Shown: positions 18,756 through 28,622, counted from the stretch's first letter. The stretch: DNA of 64,000 bases from Candidatus Thorarchaeota archaeon (GCA_004524445.1 SDNP01000011.1:1-64000), one strand, 5' to 3'. Made by a program: numbers and translations. Notes: a model not told the origin generated them from the letters alone.

Positions 18756-19607
18756 TCATGAATAGTAATCCAGCAGAATCCCCAGAAGTCCAAGAAAGAT
18801 GAAGATAATGAATGCCTTATTCTCCGAACATTCTCCTAGCGTGCTTTCATGGACACCTATACCTCCGAGGTATGATTTCCAGAATAGCTCAATTAATGTC
18901 ACCGGCAGTGTAAAGACAATCTGAATCCATGATAGGGTAGCTATCTGATTTTCAAGGATAATCATTGCCAACTCAGGATTAGTGGTATCAATAGTGACTG
19001 TTGGAACGAACGTCCAAATGATGAAAATTCCTATCAGACTCATAAGCAAGCTTGGTGCATAAGAATATCCCGTTACTGAGGCTGCATCCTCAAAATCCCA
19101 CGAACTGCCACTGTCACACAACAGGTATGCAAGTAGACTCTTCACGAGCCAGCGAATAATCATTATGATTGGTACTACAAGGAGCAAGAGCATTAAGATT
19201 GAATTCGCTGCAAACGCGATCTCTTGCTCATAGGGTCCAGTAAACTGGAGCTTTTGAAACATTATGGCGGCAGAGAATGTGCCCATAACAGCACTCAGGA
19301 CAATGATAAAGACAACACCTACATAGTCAGGGGCAGACGCGATATTAGTCATAGCCTTGCGTGGGGAGGTGAAGACTTTTTGTAATCTCTTCCAGAACGG
19401 CCATTGCTCGTGGCGTTCAAATTTGCCTGTTAGATTCGTTTCGAAGCGTTCGGTTCTTTTCATAGACTTTGTATCTTCAAATGATGATATTTCTGCGCCA
19501 CAGCCTTTGCAGAACTTGTCACCTTGTCTTACAGGGTTGCCACAGATGTTGCATCTTCTTGCTGCACCCGGCCTCTCATTCCACGAATGGGGGTGATTCA
19601 TACCCAA
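18756..19607 (-). CDS. Zinc-ribbon + Yip1-family membrane protein
   Basis: CNICG..KFCKGCG, then KVFTSPRKAM and five TM segments with SVTGYSYAP. Confidence 0.75.
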   Translation of the reverse strand: MGMNHPHSWNERPGAARRCNICGNPVRQGDKFCKGCGAEISSFEDTKSMKRTERFETNLTGKFERHEQWPFWKRLQKVFTSPRKAMTNIASAPDYVGVVFIIVLSAVMGTFSAAIMFQKLQFTGPYEQEIAFAANSILMLLLLVVPIIMIIRWLVKSLLAYLLCDSGSSWDFEDAASVTGYSYAPSLLMSLIGIFIIWTFVPTVTIDTTNPELAMIILENQIATLSWIQIVFTLPVTLIELFWKSYLGGIGVHESTLGECSENKAFIIFIFLGLLGILLDYYS

Positions 19608-19781
19608 TTCACCGTTCTTATCTTCTGTGTGCAGACTTTTTTGTTTTGCCCTTTTATGTGGAAATTGCAGAATCGTGGGAACCTATCATCGGAATCAGGG
19701 TAAGGTTCTGTTGAATCTCATAAATTTCGCAGGACCAGAGAGCTTTTCTTGATGACATCACACACCTTTGTGGGATGGCAA

Positions 19782-20882
19782 TTGAGTGAAACATTGATAG
19801 ACCATGAACAACTGCGAGATTTTGTTATTGCCCTAATGAAGAAACTAGGGGCGCCGGAAGATACCTCGATATGTGTCGCTGATAATTTGGTTACATCCAA
19901 TCTTCGAGGCATAGATTCGCATGGCGTGGGACGCTTGAAGCGATATGTAACGGGAATTCGAGAGGGATATATTGTTCCAGACGCCAAAGTGGATACAGTC
20001 ATTGAGAACGCTGTGTTAGCAAATGTCAATGGCAATCATGCTTTAGGCCAAGCTGTAGGAGTGTATAGCATGAGCCTAGCCATCCATAAAGCATTGTCTG
20101 AAGGCATTGGCGTGGTGACTGCATTCAATTCTAATCACTACGGATTTGCTGGGTACTACGCCATGATGGCTCTTGACCAAGGTTTTATTGGAATTTCAAT
20201 GACAAATTCTGAGCCACTAGTTGTACCGACATTTGGTAGGAATGCTAAGCTAGGTACGAATCCCATAGCAATGGCTGTACCAGCATCTGAAAACAATTCA
20301 TGGGTGATGGATCAGGCAACTAGTGTGGTGCCAAGTGGCAAACTGCAAGTCTATGAGCGAGCTGGAGAAGAGATACCTGAGGGGTGGGCAACTGACGAAA
20401 CTGGGCATAGTACAACTGATCCAACTAGGGTGCTGCAAAACCTGTATGGAGGTACTGGAGAAGGTGGGATTCTTCCACTCGGTGGTGAAGGTGAAATTCA
20501 TGGAGGTCACAAGGGGTACGGATTTGCAACAATGGTGGATATTCTATGTGGAGTGCTCTCAGGAGCGAACTATGCTGATGATGTAGTTTGGTCGATTGAC
20601 AACGGAATCAAGCATCCAAATGTAGGACACTTTTTCCTCGCGATGGATCCCTCCTTCTTTGGGGATTTGGAGAATTTCAAGAGTAGGATGGATGACATGA
20701 TTGAGCGCCTTCATCAATCAGAGAAAGCAGACGGAGAAACGAGGATATTCGTTCATGGAGAGAAGGAGTTTGAAGAGCACGAACGAAGAGAGAAGACGGG
20801 CATTCCTCTGGATGCGAGAACCATTGAGAGCTTGGAGCAATTCGCCGAAGAATTCAACATTGATTTGGAGTTCAAGGAATGA
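19782..20882 (+). CDS. Ldh_2 family oxidoreductase (malate/L-lactate/ureidoglycolate dehydrogenase type)
   Basis: NLRGIDSHGV, NSNHYGFAGYY, LGTNPIAMA, MDQATS, LPLGG..GGHKGYG, IFVHGEKE. Confidence 0.9.
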   Translation: MSETLIDHEQLRDFVIALMKKLGAPEDTSICVADNLVTSNLRGIDSHGVGRLKRYVTGIREGYIVPDAKVDTVIENAVLANVNGNHALGQAVGVYSMSLAIHKALSEGIGVVTAFNSNHYGFAGYYAMMALDQGFIGISMTNSEPLVVPTFGRNAKLGTNPIAMAVPASENNSWVMDQATSVVPSGKLQVYERAGEEIPEGWATDETGHSTTDPTRVLQNLYGGTGEGGILPLGGEGEIHGGHKGYGFATMVDILCGVLSGANYADDVVWSIDNGIKHPNVGHFFLAMDPSFFGDLENFKSRMDDMIERLHQSEKADGETRIFVHGEKEFEEHERREKTGIPLDARTIESLEQFAEEFNIDLEFKE

Positions 20883-20939
20883 ACAGACATCTGGTTCTGG
20901 TCAGGAATGCATTTGAATCGTCAAAATGAGGAGAAGACC

Positions 20940-21788
20940 ATGAGCCGAGTTGCACTAGTAAGAACGAATCAGAATCTTCGAGACTCGCTGCAAGATGTCA
21001 TTCAGCTCAGTGAGGGATTTGGTGCTATCAAATCTCCGGTATTGATTAAACCAAACATTTGCACCATATCCGATGGCACGGGACATTCTGTTACAGACCC
21101 CGCTTTAGTGCAGAATCTAGTCGAGCTTCTTCTGTCACATGATGATAATCTAACAATCAAAATCGTTGAATCGGACAGCCAAAGCAAATATGCCGATGAG
21201 GCATACGAGAAGTTTGGGTATACGAATTTTGTAGGCAGGCTACGGAAGGATGGCGCCGATGTTCGATTGGTGAATCTCAGCAAATCACAACTCAAAACCC
21301 TCACTTTCGAGGGGGCCTATTTCAATAATTCGAAACTACCCGCAGATATCATTGAGGAGCATCACTTCATTTCAGTGGCCGTAGCAAAGACTCACTATCT
21401 GACACAGATTACAGGTTCCTTGAAAAACCAATTCGGTCTTCTTCCTCAGAAAAATCAAGCATCATATCATTCAGATATCAATGACATCATCTTGGACTTC
21501 AATGAAATAGTTCAGCCTAAACTCTGCATAATAGATGCCAGAGTGGCAGTTGAGGGTTGGAACGGTCCAAAGACGCACCAGATGGATTTACTGATAGCAG
21601 GCAAGAAGCCGGCCTCTGTAGACTCGGTAATGGCTCAGCTTATGGGACTGCAACCTCAAGATGTGGCCCATCTAGTGGCTGCTGCAAATCAAGGATTGGG
21701 AACACTACAGCCCGATACTGTTGGAGAGGACTTTGAGGCTTTTTCGGGAATATTCAATTCCTCAAAATGGACAGGTGGGCTGACATGA
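20940..21788 (+). CDS. DUF362 domain protein
   Basis: VLIKPN, TDP, KTHYLT.ITGSLKN.FG, IIDA..EG.GP. GAGGAG SD before MSRV. Confidence 0.85.
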   Translation: MSRVALVRTNQNLRDSLQDVIQLSEGFGAIKSPVLIKPNICTISDGTGHSVTDPALVQNLVELLLSHDDNLTIKIVESDSQSKYADEAYEKFGYTNFVGRLRKDGADVRLVNLSKSQLKTLTFEGAYFNNSKLPADIIEEHHFISVAVAKTHYLTQITGSLKNQFGLLPQKNQASYHSDINDIILDFNEIVQPKLCIIDARVAVEGWNGPKTHQMDLLIAGKKPASVDSVMAQLMGLQPQDVAHLVAAANQGLGTLQPDTVGEDFEAFSGIFNSSKWTGGLT

Positions 21789-21959
21789 TTGTCGCTGGAT
21801 TTGAAACCCTTCTGAGATTCTTCTCTGTCATGTTGGAAGCACACGCATAATCAGTCCCAACAAAAGGCCTGGGAAAAGCGTCAAGTTCACAATAGAATAC
21901 CGAGTTCTTTGAAAGACAAGAAGGCATAATAATTCAAAAGGAATGAATGTACAGTTTAT

Positions 21960-21983
21960 GGGAGGGGACCCGCCACCCCTCCC
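21960..21983 (-). terminator. GC-rich hairpin downstream of the micropeptide ORF
   Basis: GGGAGGGG-8 nt-CCCCTCCC perfect 8-bp stem, followed on the minus strand by pyrimidine-rich sequence. Confidence 0.55.
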
Positions 21984-22026
21984 TTGTTCTTGATTATCGC
22001 AAGGCACAGGAAGTCCAAGATTCTGG

Positions 22027-22092
22027 TTATTTCTTGGGTTTCTTCTCATTCTTCTTTTTCTGAGTCTTTGCTGGTTTCTTGTCCTTTGCCAT
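22027..22092 (-). CDS. 21-aa Lys/Pro-rich micropeptide MAKDKKPAKTQKKKNEKKPKK (not in ORF track)
   Basis: ATG preceded by GAGGTGA SD at 5-nt spacing. TAA stop. Flanked by hairpins. Confidence 0.55.
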   Translation of the reverse strand: MAKDKKPAKTQKKKNEKKPKK

Positions 22093-22104
22093 TTATTTCA
22101 CCTC

Positions 22105-22198
22105 AACTGACGTTCAGAGGCCCTCCACTGTCAGCCAACCGGTACGACCTGCTCTATATGCAGATGCTTTGACCTAAGAAATTAGGACCTCACGCCCG
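22105..22198 (-). ncRNA. Putative structured 5' leader or ncRNA domain of unknown class
   Basis: Predicted three-way junction (CGGGCG/CGU-A-CCG; CCUAA/UUAGG; AUCUGC/GCAGGU) plus hairpin GGCUGAC/GUCAGUU. The G-U pairs form only on the minus strand. AT-rich TTTTTAA element ~20-25 nt upstream. Confidence 0.4.
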
Positions 22199-22351
22199 TA
22201 TTTTGAATATATTAGGTTAAAAACATATCTTGTAAAAATTACGGCGTTCATATCCCTTTATTTATAATTTTGGGTCATCATAAAACCCATAACTACTGCG
22301 GTCTAATGAAAAATTTCGTAATGGTCGATTTCTGAAAAAAGAGAGATAAAA

Positions 22352-22373
22352 TCCTGCTCTGAACGGAGCAGGA
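22352..22373 (-). terminator. Hairpin + U-tract terminator of the DUF1059 gene
   Basis: Minus strand TCCTGCTCCGTTCAGAGCAGGA followed by TTTTATCTCTCTTTTTT. Confidence 0.6.
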
Positions 22374-22397
22374 CAAAACGGTTTTTCGCGTTTATGT

Positions 22398-22568
22398 CTA
22401 TATTTTTTGAATCATCTTCTTTCTTTTCTGTAGCTCGTCTTCTGGCATCTCTTCTATGTCATGAGCTCTTGCACCATGCTTTTTTATCTGTTCAACTGTA
22501 TCCTCCATTGTTTCGGCGGATATTACAGCATCGCACATCTGACACTTGAATTCGTATGGCATCATCAT
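22398..22568 (-). CDS. DUF1059-like small metal-binding protein, 56 aa (not in ORF track)
   Basis: MMMPYEFKCQMCDAVISAETMEDTVEQIKKHGARAHDIEEMPEDELQKRKKMIQKI, with a CxxC...HxxxxH pattern. Confidence 0.8.
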   Translation of the reverse strand: MMMPYEFKCQMCDAVISAETMEDTVEQIKKHGARAHDIEEMPEDELQKRKKMIQKI

Positions 22569-22813
22569 TCACTATTGTTATTTTATCGAGGGGGTTTTTA
22601 GTCCTTGGGAATCAATACGCGGATTCAAGTCAAGTTTGGGATAATACCTATTCAATGTGGAATAGAATAGCAATAACCTACAGAGCACTACCACGGGCGA
22701 TTCCGAGCAGATGTAGGACATTTCTTTTCTGCACAAATTTTCAACTCCGGAAACCATATACACAGTTTACTTATCTCCGGAAAAGCTCAATACAGAATTG
22801 GTGGACTGAAACG

Positions 22814-25060
22814 ATGCCTAGTTTAAGGCGAGAAGAGGCTAGAATCGTAGTTGGTATTTTAGTCATAATGGGGTTCTCATATGTCTTCTTCATAAGTGAT
22901 CCACCCTGGCAGACGCACGGCTCAGCTCTAGCATATCACTCTATCTTGGGATTCCTATCTGTTGTAGCAGTTGCATCAGCAACGAACAGAGTCATAATGG
23001 ATCCTACTCCGGCTCATAGAGTGTTTCTTGCTGCAACAGGATTTCTTTCGATTGTACATCTTGGAGCGGCTTTGATACATATGATGCCCGTAACTGAAGC
23101 CGTTGCACATACTGAACCAAAGGGAATCTTCGTGGATATTGTGGAGATGGGCATTCTTGGCCTAATGCTGTTGGTAGCAGCCTATCTGAATAGCGAGCCA
23201 CTGAAAGAAAGGCCATTATGGAACAAGAGAACCACAACCTTTGGGCTACTAGTCATTTCCTTGGGCGTATATGGTGCCGCTGCATTTGTATCGGAGCTCC
23301 CTGCCCTCTCGGTTTTTCTAGTTGGGGGCGGCATTTCTATCGGATTTTTGGCTTTAGTAGCATTTGTTCTCTCATGTTTCTTCGCTTTCAAGCGTCCTGC
23401 AGACAGTTCTTCTCATGATAGGAAGCGACTGATTGTTTCCTATCTCTTTTTCAGCCTATCAACAACCATACTTCTATTGGTGCTACCGTTTCCCAATAGT
23501 CTTTGGTTGCTCACAATAATTCTTCAGGCAGGCGCACTCATCTTCATCCTTTTTGCAACTGGATATCCGTTTCTACTCGATGTTGGACTTCAGGAAAATG
23601 TGGCTTACTCCTTCCTCGTTGCACTTGCAGCTCTGGTAGTAACGCCTTTCATCCTCGCCCATCTAGTCGAAGCATGGTTACCTGTTTTGTCTTATGAGAA
23701 TAGACCTCTCGGCCTCATTGCACATGCTTCGGCTGCAATGCTATCTGGAATAGCAGCTTATATTTTGACAGAACGACTCAAGGATAAGACACCCTGGTAT
23801 GACGGCCCAGCTATATTTGCGCTACTCTCATGGACAGTTTTAGAATCCATTGTTGTTGGCTTACGCATATTTCAGCCAAATGATATTGTTATTGAGTCAG
23901 TGCTACCGTATCTGTTTGGAGGGGTCATTACTTCCGTTGCGCTATTAATTGCCATTCGCCGGACTCTCCAACCACCTCCCGAGGGAACGGCCCAAGAGCA
24001 CTCGCATGTCAGACATGTTTCATTGCTGGGTATCATGATTGTGACTTTGTTGGTTGAAGGCACTCTAGTCATGAGTCCATCATTACATACGCAGGTACAG
24101 AACTCACCCATCATATTGGCACTTTTACTCGTTGTTGGTTACATTTCTGTCCTAGGGATTATCGTCTTTGGTATGTTGCGGACTGCACAGACCGGAGGAA
24201 TATATTCAGTTGAAATCATAGCAGTAGGATCTCTAACACTCTGGGCGATTTCTCAAATATTGAGAGTCAACTTCTCGATTTTTACTGCCGGGTGGTGGGC
24301 TGCAGAACTCCTGCTATTCGTAGTCTTCTTATTCCTTCCCCCTCTGATCACTCAACTGTATGTTGAAAAGTACCATCTGGAGAAACGCTTGGAAACTGCT
24401 GCAAAAATCTATACGAATCTTCTAGTTGATAAGATTGACCACCACCATAGACAATCTTTGGATTCTCTCAGTGGAATACTAAGTCATGTGGGGCTCAAAG
24501 GCAAGGAGATGGAAGGGATTTCCAGGGCCATGACCGAGGTTTCCCGTGCAAATGACATAGCTCAAAGGTATGATACCATAGTCAAAGGTGGGGTACCCGA
24601 TATTAAGGAAACGGGGACCATCGGTTTACATGATGCATTGCAGACTGCCTTCGAACAAGTGTGTCAGATTCATCCTCATGTGCCAAAATTAATGCTAGGC
24701 GCCTGCTCAGGAGATTGTAAGGTATGGGGAGAGAAAATAGTTGTTGACCTATTCTACAATCTGCTGGAAGGGCTTCTAACGAGGATTCATGCGAATTCTA
24801 TTTCTGCAAAGATCGAGAGATGCACATCTGATATGTGGTGTGCTACTATTCAGATAGGCATTGAATCTGATATTCAGGGTTCTTTGAGCCATCTTATCAG
24901 TCGATATCTGTTTCAAGTCAGAGAAAGCAATATTGAGTTTCTTCTGGTTAATGAATACATACGACTACTAGGAGGGGATGTGGTTGTGGTCGATCCCAAG
25001 AAAGAAGACATCCATAATGCAATCATCATGACGGTAAGACTGCCAGCAGTCAATCCGTAA
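22814..25060 (+). CDS. Polytopic membrane protein with degenerate C-terminal histidine-kinase-like domain
   Basis: About 15 TM segments, then a DHp-like helix and HATPase-like remnants (DLFYNLL, YIRLLGGDVVVVD, MTVRLP). Start moved to MPSL because the longer ORF overlaps the DUF1059 gene. Confidence 0.65.
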   Translation: MPSLRREEARIVVGILVIMGFSYVFFISDPPWQTHGSALAYHSILGFLSVVAVASATNRVIMDPTPAHRVFLAATGFLSIVHLGAALIHMMPVTEAVAHTEPKGIFVDIVEMGILGLMLLVAAYLNSEPLKERPLWNKRTTTFGLLVISLGVYGAAAFVSELPALSVFLVGGGISIGFLALVAFVLSCFFAFKRPADSSSHDRKRLIVSYLFFSLSTTILLLVLPFPNSLWLLTIILQAGALIFILFATGYPFLLDVGLQENVAYSFLVALAALVVTPFILAHLVEAWLPVLSYENRPLGLIAHASAAMLSGIAAYILTERLKDKTPWYDGPAIFALLSWTVLESIVVGLRIFQPNDIVIESVLPYLFGGVITSVALLIAIRRTLQPPPEGTAQEHSHVRHVSLLGIMIVTLLVEGTLVMSPSLHTQVQNSPIILALLLVVGYISVLGIIVFGMLRTAQTGGIYSVEIIAVGSLTLWAISQILRVNFSIFTAGWWAAELLLFVVFLFLPPLITQLYVEKYHLEKRLETAAKIYTNLLVDKIDHHHRQSLDSLSGILSHVGLKGKEMEGISRAMTEVSRANDIAQRYDTIVKGGVPDIKETGTIGLHDALQTAFEQVCQIHPHVPKLMLGACSGDCKVWGEKIVVDLFYNLLEGLLTRIHANSISAKIERCTSDMWCATIQIGIESDIQGSLSHLISRYLFQVRESNIEFLLVNEYIRLLGGDVVVVDPKKEDIHNAIIMTVRLPAVNP

Positions 25061-25155
25061 GATGACAACAAAAATTCGTGAAAAGTATTCATGGCCGGAA
25101 TGCCATTTGGAAGATGTTATCAATATCCTTTGACAACGATTCAATGTAGATTACC

Positions 25156-25551
25156 ATGGTTAAAACTGATAAGGAATGGAAGAAAAAACTCACTCCCGAG
25201 CAATTCAAAGTCCTAAGACAATGTGGCACAGAGCCGCCATTTAGCGGGAAATATGTCCATCACAATGAGGAGGGAAAATATGTCTGTGCAGCTTGCGGGA
25301 ATGAGCTGTTTTCTTCAGAAACAAAATTCAAGTCTGGAAGTGGTTGGCCTAGCTTTTGGGATAAAGTTGATGAAGATGCAGTTGAAACAAGAGTTGACAC
25401 AAGTCATGGAATGAGAAGGACCGAGGTCATCTGTGCAAATTGCGGCGGTCATCTAGGACATATCTTCCAAGACGGCCCCCAGCCGACGGGGCTAAGATAC
25501 TGTATAAACTCAGTCGCACTTGATTTCAAGAAAGAAGATACTGAGGAATAA
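25156..25551 (+). CDS. msrB: Peptide-methionine (R)-S-oxide reductase
   Basis: [49 protein letters not shown]. Confidence 0.97.
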   Translation: MVKTDKEWKKKLTPEQFKVLRQCGTEPPFSGKYVHHNEEGKYVCAACGNELFSSETKFKSGSGWPSFWDKVDEDAVETRVDTSHGMRRTEVICANCGGHLGHIFQDGPQPTGLRYCINSVALDFKKEDTEE

Positions 25552-25603
25552 TATCACAACGTAGTATAGCATTTGTACTATATTCAGAGCTAATGTGAAA
25601 GCC

Positions 25604-26494
25604 ATGCGAATTGGATACGCCTGCATGAATAACTCCGTTGGATGCACATCCGCCAGCACATTCCGACTATCTTCGTGGTCAGAAAACCGTTTCAAAGAGA
25701 CCGTCAGACACAATCTTGCATGCTTAGGACGCATCTTGCAGTGGAATATCGAGAATGGCATCTACTTCTTTCGAATAACATCAGATCTTGTCCCTTTCGC
25801 AAGCCATCCAATTTGCTCGGTTGACTGGCAATCTGTTTTCTCTGAAGAATTCGCTCGGATAGGGAGATTTCTTACTGACAATCGGATCAGGGTTTCTATG
25901 CATCCTGGTCAGTACACTGTCCTGAACTCAAACAGAGTGGATGTTGTGCAGCGGAGCATCCTGGAACTTGAATACCATGCTGACGTATTGGACCTAATAA
26001 ATCAAGGTACAGATGCCAAAATCGTTCTCCATGTTGGTGGAGTCTACGGAGATAAACCCAAGGCCATAGATCGGTTTGTTCAAACCTACCAGAATCTATC
26101 CGATTCAATCCAATGCCGCTTGATTATTGAGAACGATGAGAGAAGCTACACGGTTCAAGACTGCCATACCATCTATGAGAGCACAGGAATCCCGATCGTG
26201 GTTGATAATCTACACCACGAGGCAAACAACTCGGGAGAGAGCTTCATTTCCGCTTTTGATATAGTAAAGGAAACTTGGAGGACAAAAGATGGTGTCCCCA
26301 TCATCCACTACAGCTCTCAGGAATATGACGGACGACTAGGAAAACACGCGGAAGCAATTGATGCCCGGCATTTCAAATCCTTCCTTCATTCTCTAAGAAA
26401 ATATGAGATAGATGTGATGCTGGAGGTCAAGGACAAAGAGAAGTCCGCAATCAAAGCCATGCAGATAGCCAAGCAGATAGAGAACTCAAGCTGA
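25604..26494 (+). CDS. uvsE: UV DNA damage repair endonuclease
   Basis: MRIGYAC, FFRITSDLVPFASHP, SMHPGQY, LHVGG.YGDK, IEND, DNLHH, HYS, MLEVKDKE. Confidence 0.95.
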   Translation: MRIGYACMNNSVGCTSASTFRLSSWSENRFKETVRHNLACLGRILQWNIENGIYFFRITSDLVPFASHPICSVDWQSVFSEEFARIGRFLTDNRIRVSMHPGQYTVLNSNRVDVVQRSILELEYHADVLDLINQGTDAKIVLHVGGVYGDKPKAIDRFVQTYQNLSDSIQCRLIIENDERSYTVQDCHTIYESTGIPIVVDNLHHEANNSGESFISAFDIVKETWRTKDGVPIIHYSSQEYDGRLGKHAEAIDARHFKSFLHSLRKYEIDVMLEVKDKEKSAIKAMQIAKQIENSS

Positions 26495-26707
26495 AAAATC
26501 AGCTAGTTTCTCTTTCAATTCCATCATTAGGGCTTCTTCATCCTTACTCCTCAATTCCTTGAATCTCTTCCAAGTTGCAGAGCAGTTTTTGTACTCAATG
26601 CCCGCAATATCATGTATTCGCTTGTCAATCTCTCTCTTGTTGCTGTCTGTCACTTCCACACCAATTGAGTCAAATACAGGGCGAATGTGTCTGAAATAGC
26701 AGGTCAA
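26486..26707 (-). CDS. Small hypothetical protein
   Basis: TTG start after AGGAG. Globular-looking sequence (CYFRH..IDKRIH..YKNCSATW). Confidence 0.65.
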   Translation of the reverse strand: MTCYFRHIRPVFDSIGVEVTDSNKREIDKRIHDIAGIEYKNCSATWKRFKELRSKDEEALMMELKEKLADFSA

Positions 26708-26891
26708 TTTTGTTGCAGCTCCTTTTGGTTAATCATGATATCAGATAGTATTCTTGATGAAAAGCCTTTGTTACGGGAAAGGTATGGTGATATATACCCA
26801 ACTAGATGATTGAGCCCTCTGGTGAAAGAAGAAAGGGAATCGAAACTTTTGAATCAATAGAATTGGGCCAACATGAATTCTTTTTCTTCAT

Positions 26892-27743
26892 TTATGTCGA
26901 AGTCTTCACAAAGGTACCTTGCCTGTATTCCATGAAGGCTGTTCGGATTTCCTCTTGAGTATTCATCACAATTGGTCCACGCCAGGCAATTGATTCATTT
27001 AGTGGTTTGCCAGAAACGAGTATGAATCGCGCTTCTTCTGGACCGGTTTGTACTCTTACTTGGTCGCCATCAGTAAGAACCACCAAGTTACCTTTACTAA
27101 CTCTATCTTGATTGGACCCAAAGACTGCTTCACCTTCGACAACGTATGCTAATACTGTATGTTCTTCATCTACCGGATGGTTGAAATCAGAGTTTGCGGG
27201 CATCTTCACATCAAGGTATTCTGGATCTACAGCTATCCCCTCTACAGGACCCTTCATTCCCCCGACCTCTCCCGCTATGATTTTTATTCGGATTCCATCA
27301 TCGAGTTCAACTTCCGGCATATCATCTCTTGATAGACCTCGATATTTTGGGTCAGTCATCTTTTTGGATGACGGCAGATTCACCCAGAGCTGAAGACCTC
27401 TTATACTGTCTTCCTTGGGGTCAGGCATCTCCTGATGGATTATGCCACTTCCAGCTGTCATCCATTGAACTTCACCGGGGCGAATAACTCCGGAACCACC
27501 CGTACTGTCTTCGTGTGCCACCTTCCCTTCAAGCATATAGGTCACGGTTTCGATGCCTCGATGCGGGTGCCAAGGAAAGCCTGCTTTGAACTCATCAGGG
27601 TTGTCGGATCCAAAGTCATCAAGAAGCAAGAACGGGTCCATTACATCTGTATCAATATGGCCCATAGCGCGCCGAACTGTCACTCCTGCGCCTTCTTTCA
27701 TCTCTCGACTTTGTTGAACTCTGAATACTCGTCTAATAGTCAT
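26892..27743 (-). CDS. Pirin family protein
   Basis: EGAGVTVRR, DPFLLLD, GFPWHPHRGIETVTY, WMTAGSGIIHQE, QLWVNLP, GPIVMNT. Confidence 0.95.
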   Translation of the reverse strand: MTIRRVFRVQQSREMKEGAGVTVRRAMGHIDTDVMDPFLLLDDFGSDNPDEFKAGFPWHPHRGIETVTYMLEGKVAHEDSTGGSGVIRPGEVQWMTAGSGIIHQEMPDPKEDSIRGLQLWVNLPSSKKMTDPKYRGLSRDDMPEVELDDGIRIKIIAGEVGGMKGPVEGIAVDPEYLDVKMPANSDFNHPVDEEHTVLAYVVEGEAVFGSNQDRVSKGNLVVLTDGDQVRVQTGPEEARFILVSGKPLNESIAWRGPIVMNTQEEIRTAFMEYRQGTFVKTST

Positions 27744-27863
27744 CTAATAGGCAACTCCACGATGCTATAGTTAACAATAGTAAACTAATAAGGGCATTGC
27801 TTTGTGTCAATTCGCAAACATCCAGTAGAAGATGTAAAGTAGCTGCTAGGAGAACAACATGAA

Positions 27864-28622
27864 TTATTCTTCATAAGGTCGAAATAGGTCAGAAAGAGCG
27901 GAGGCGAGTTGAGCCTTTGTAGTTCTTACCAAATTGCTTCTGAAACCTCTATTCCATTCAAGCTGGTATAGCTCATCAGTAATCACAAGGATGGCAGCGA
28001 AATCAATCCCACGATACATAGCCACTGCCATTAGAGCTGTACATTCCATTTCGACTGCAATAGCACCCTGTTTGGAGTATCGGAGTATCTTATCTCTAGT
28101 TTCTCTGAGTCCAGCATCAGTAGTCCATACTCCACCATATTTTGGGTGAAGTGCCTGCAGGCCAATTTTCATTTCATTGAGTATTTCTCCACGCGGCCGG
28201 CACTGAGCTTCGGGCGGAAGATAGTGGTAAGAAGTGCCTTCCTCGCGAATTCCCCACTCAGGTATTACGAGGTCACCAATATGACAGTCATCTGAGATTG
28301 AACCCGCCTCTCCTATCATCAAGACAGACTCTACTCCTGAGGCAATCAGGGCTTCCATGTGTAGTGCAGCAGCAGGAGCTCCAAAGAAGCATCTGCTCAC
28401 AATCATTCCCGGCTTTGATTTGGTTTCTAGGGCACCCGCGATTGTTGGGCGCTCAGTGGATTTCCCTAAATCCAATGCGTCAGTCACTAGTTCATATGAC
28501 ACTCTCTCAAAACACATTATTGCATGACTGGCATCTATGTCCACTGAAAAGACACTTGGGTCCGTGATTGCAGTGTCATGTGAAAGCCAATCTACTGGAG
28601 TTATCGATGTTCCATCCTTCAT
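27864..28622 (-). CDS. Nucleoside phosphorylase (PNP/UDP family)
   Basis: GAPAA..E.LIASG, IGEAGS, REEGTSYHY, VWTTD..RET, AVEME. Confidence 0.85.
   Translation of the reverse strand: MKDGTSITPVDWLSHDTAITDPSVFSVDIDASHAIMCFERVSYELVTDALDLGKSTERPTIAGALETKSKPGMIVSRCFFGAPAAALHMEALIASGVESVLMIGEAGSISDDCHIGDLVIPEWGIREEGTSYHYLPPEAQCRPRGEILNEMKIGLQALHPKYGGVWTTDAGLRETRDKILRYSKQGAIAVEMECTALMAVAMYRGIDFAAILVITDELYQLEWNRGFRSNLVRTTKAQLASALSDLFRPYEE

Noticed and set aside
21790-21812. TTCAAATCC T-loop-like motif on the minus strand
   Set aside because: No T-stem, acceptor stem or cloverleaf, so it is not a tRNA or tmRNA end.
22138-22198. Hammerhead-like three-way junction
   Set aside because: Junctions read GUGAGGU and UCAAAG rather than the required CUGANGA and GAAA. 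Kept only as an unknown structure.
22556-22813. N-terminal 86 aa of the 834-aa ORF
   Set aside because: It overlaps the start and promoter region of the divergent DUF1059-like gene. The membrane protein more plausibly starts at 22814.
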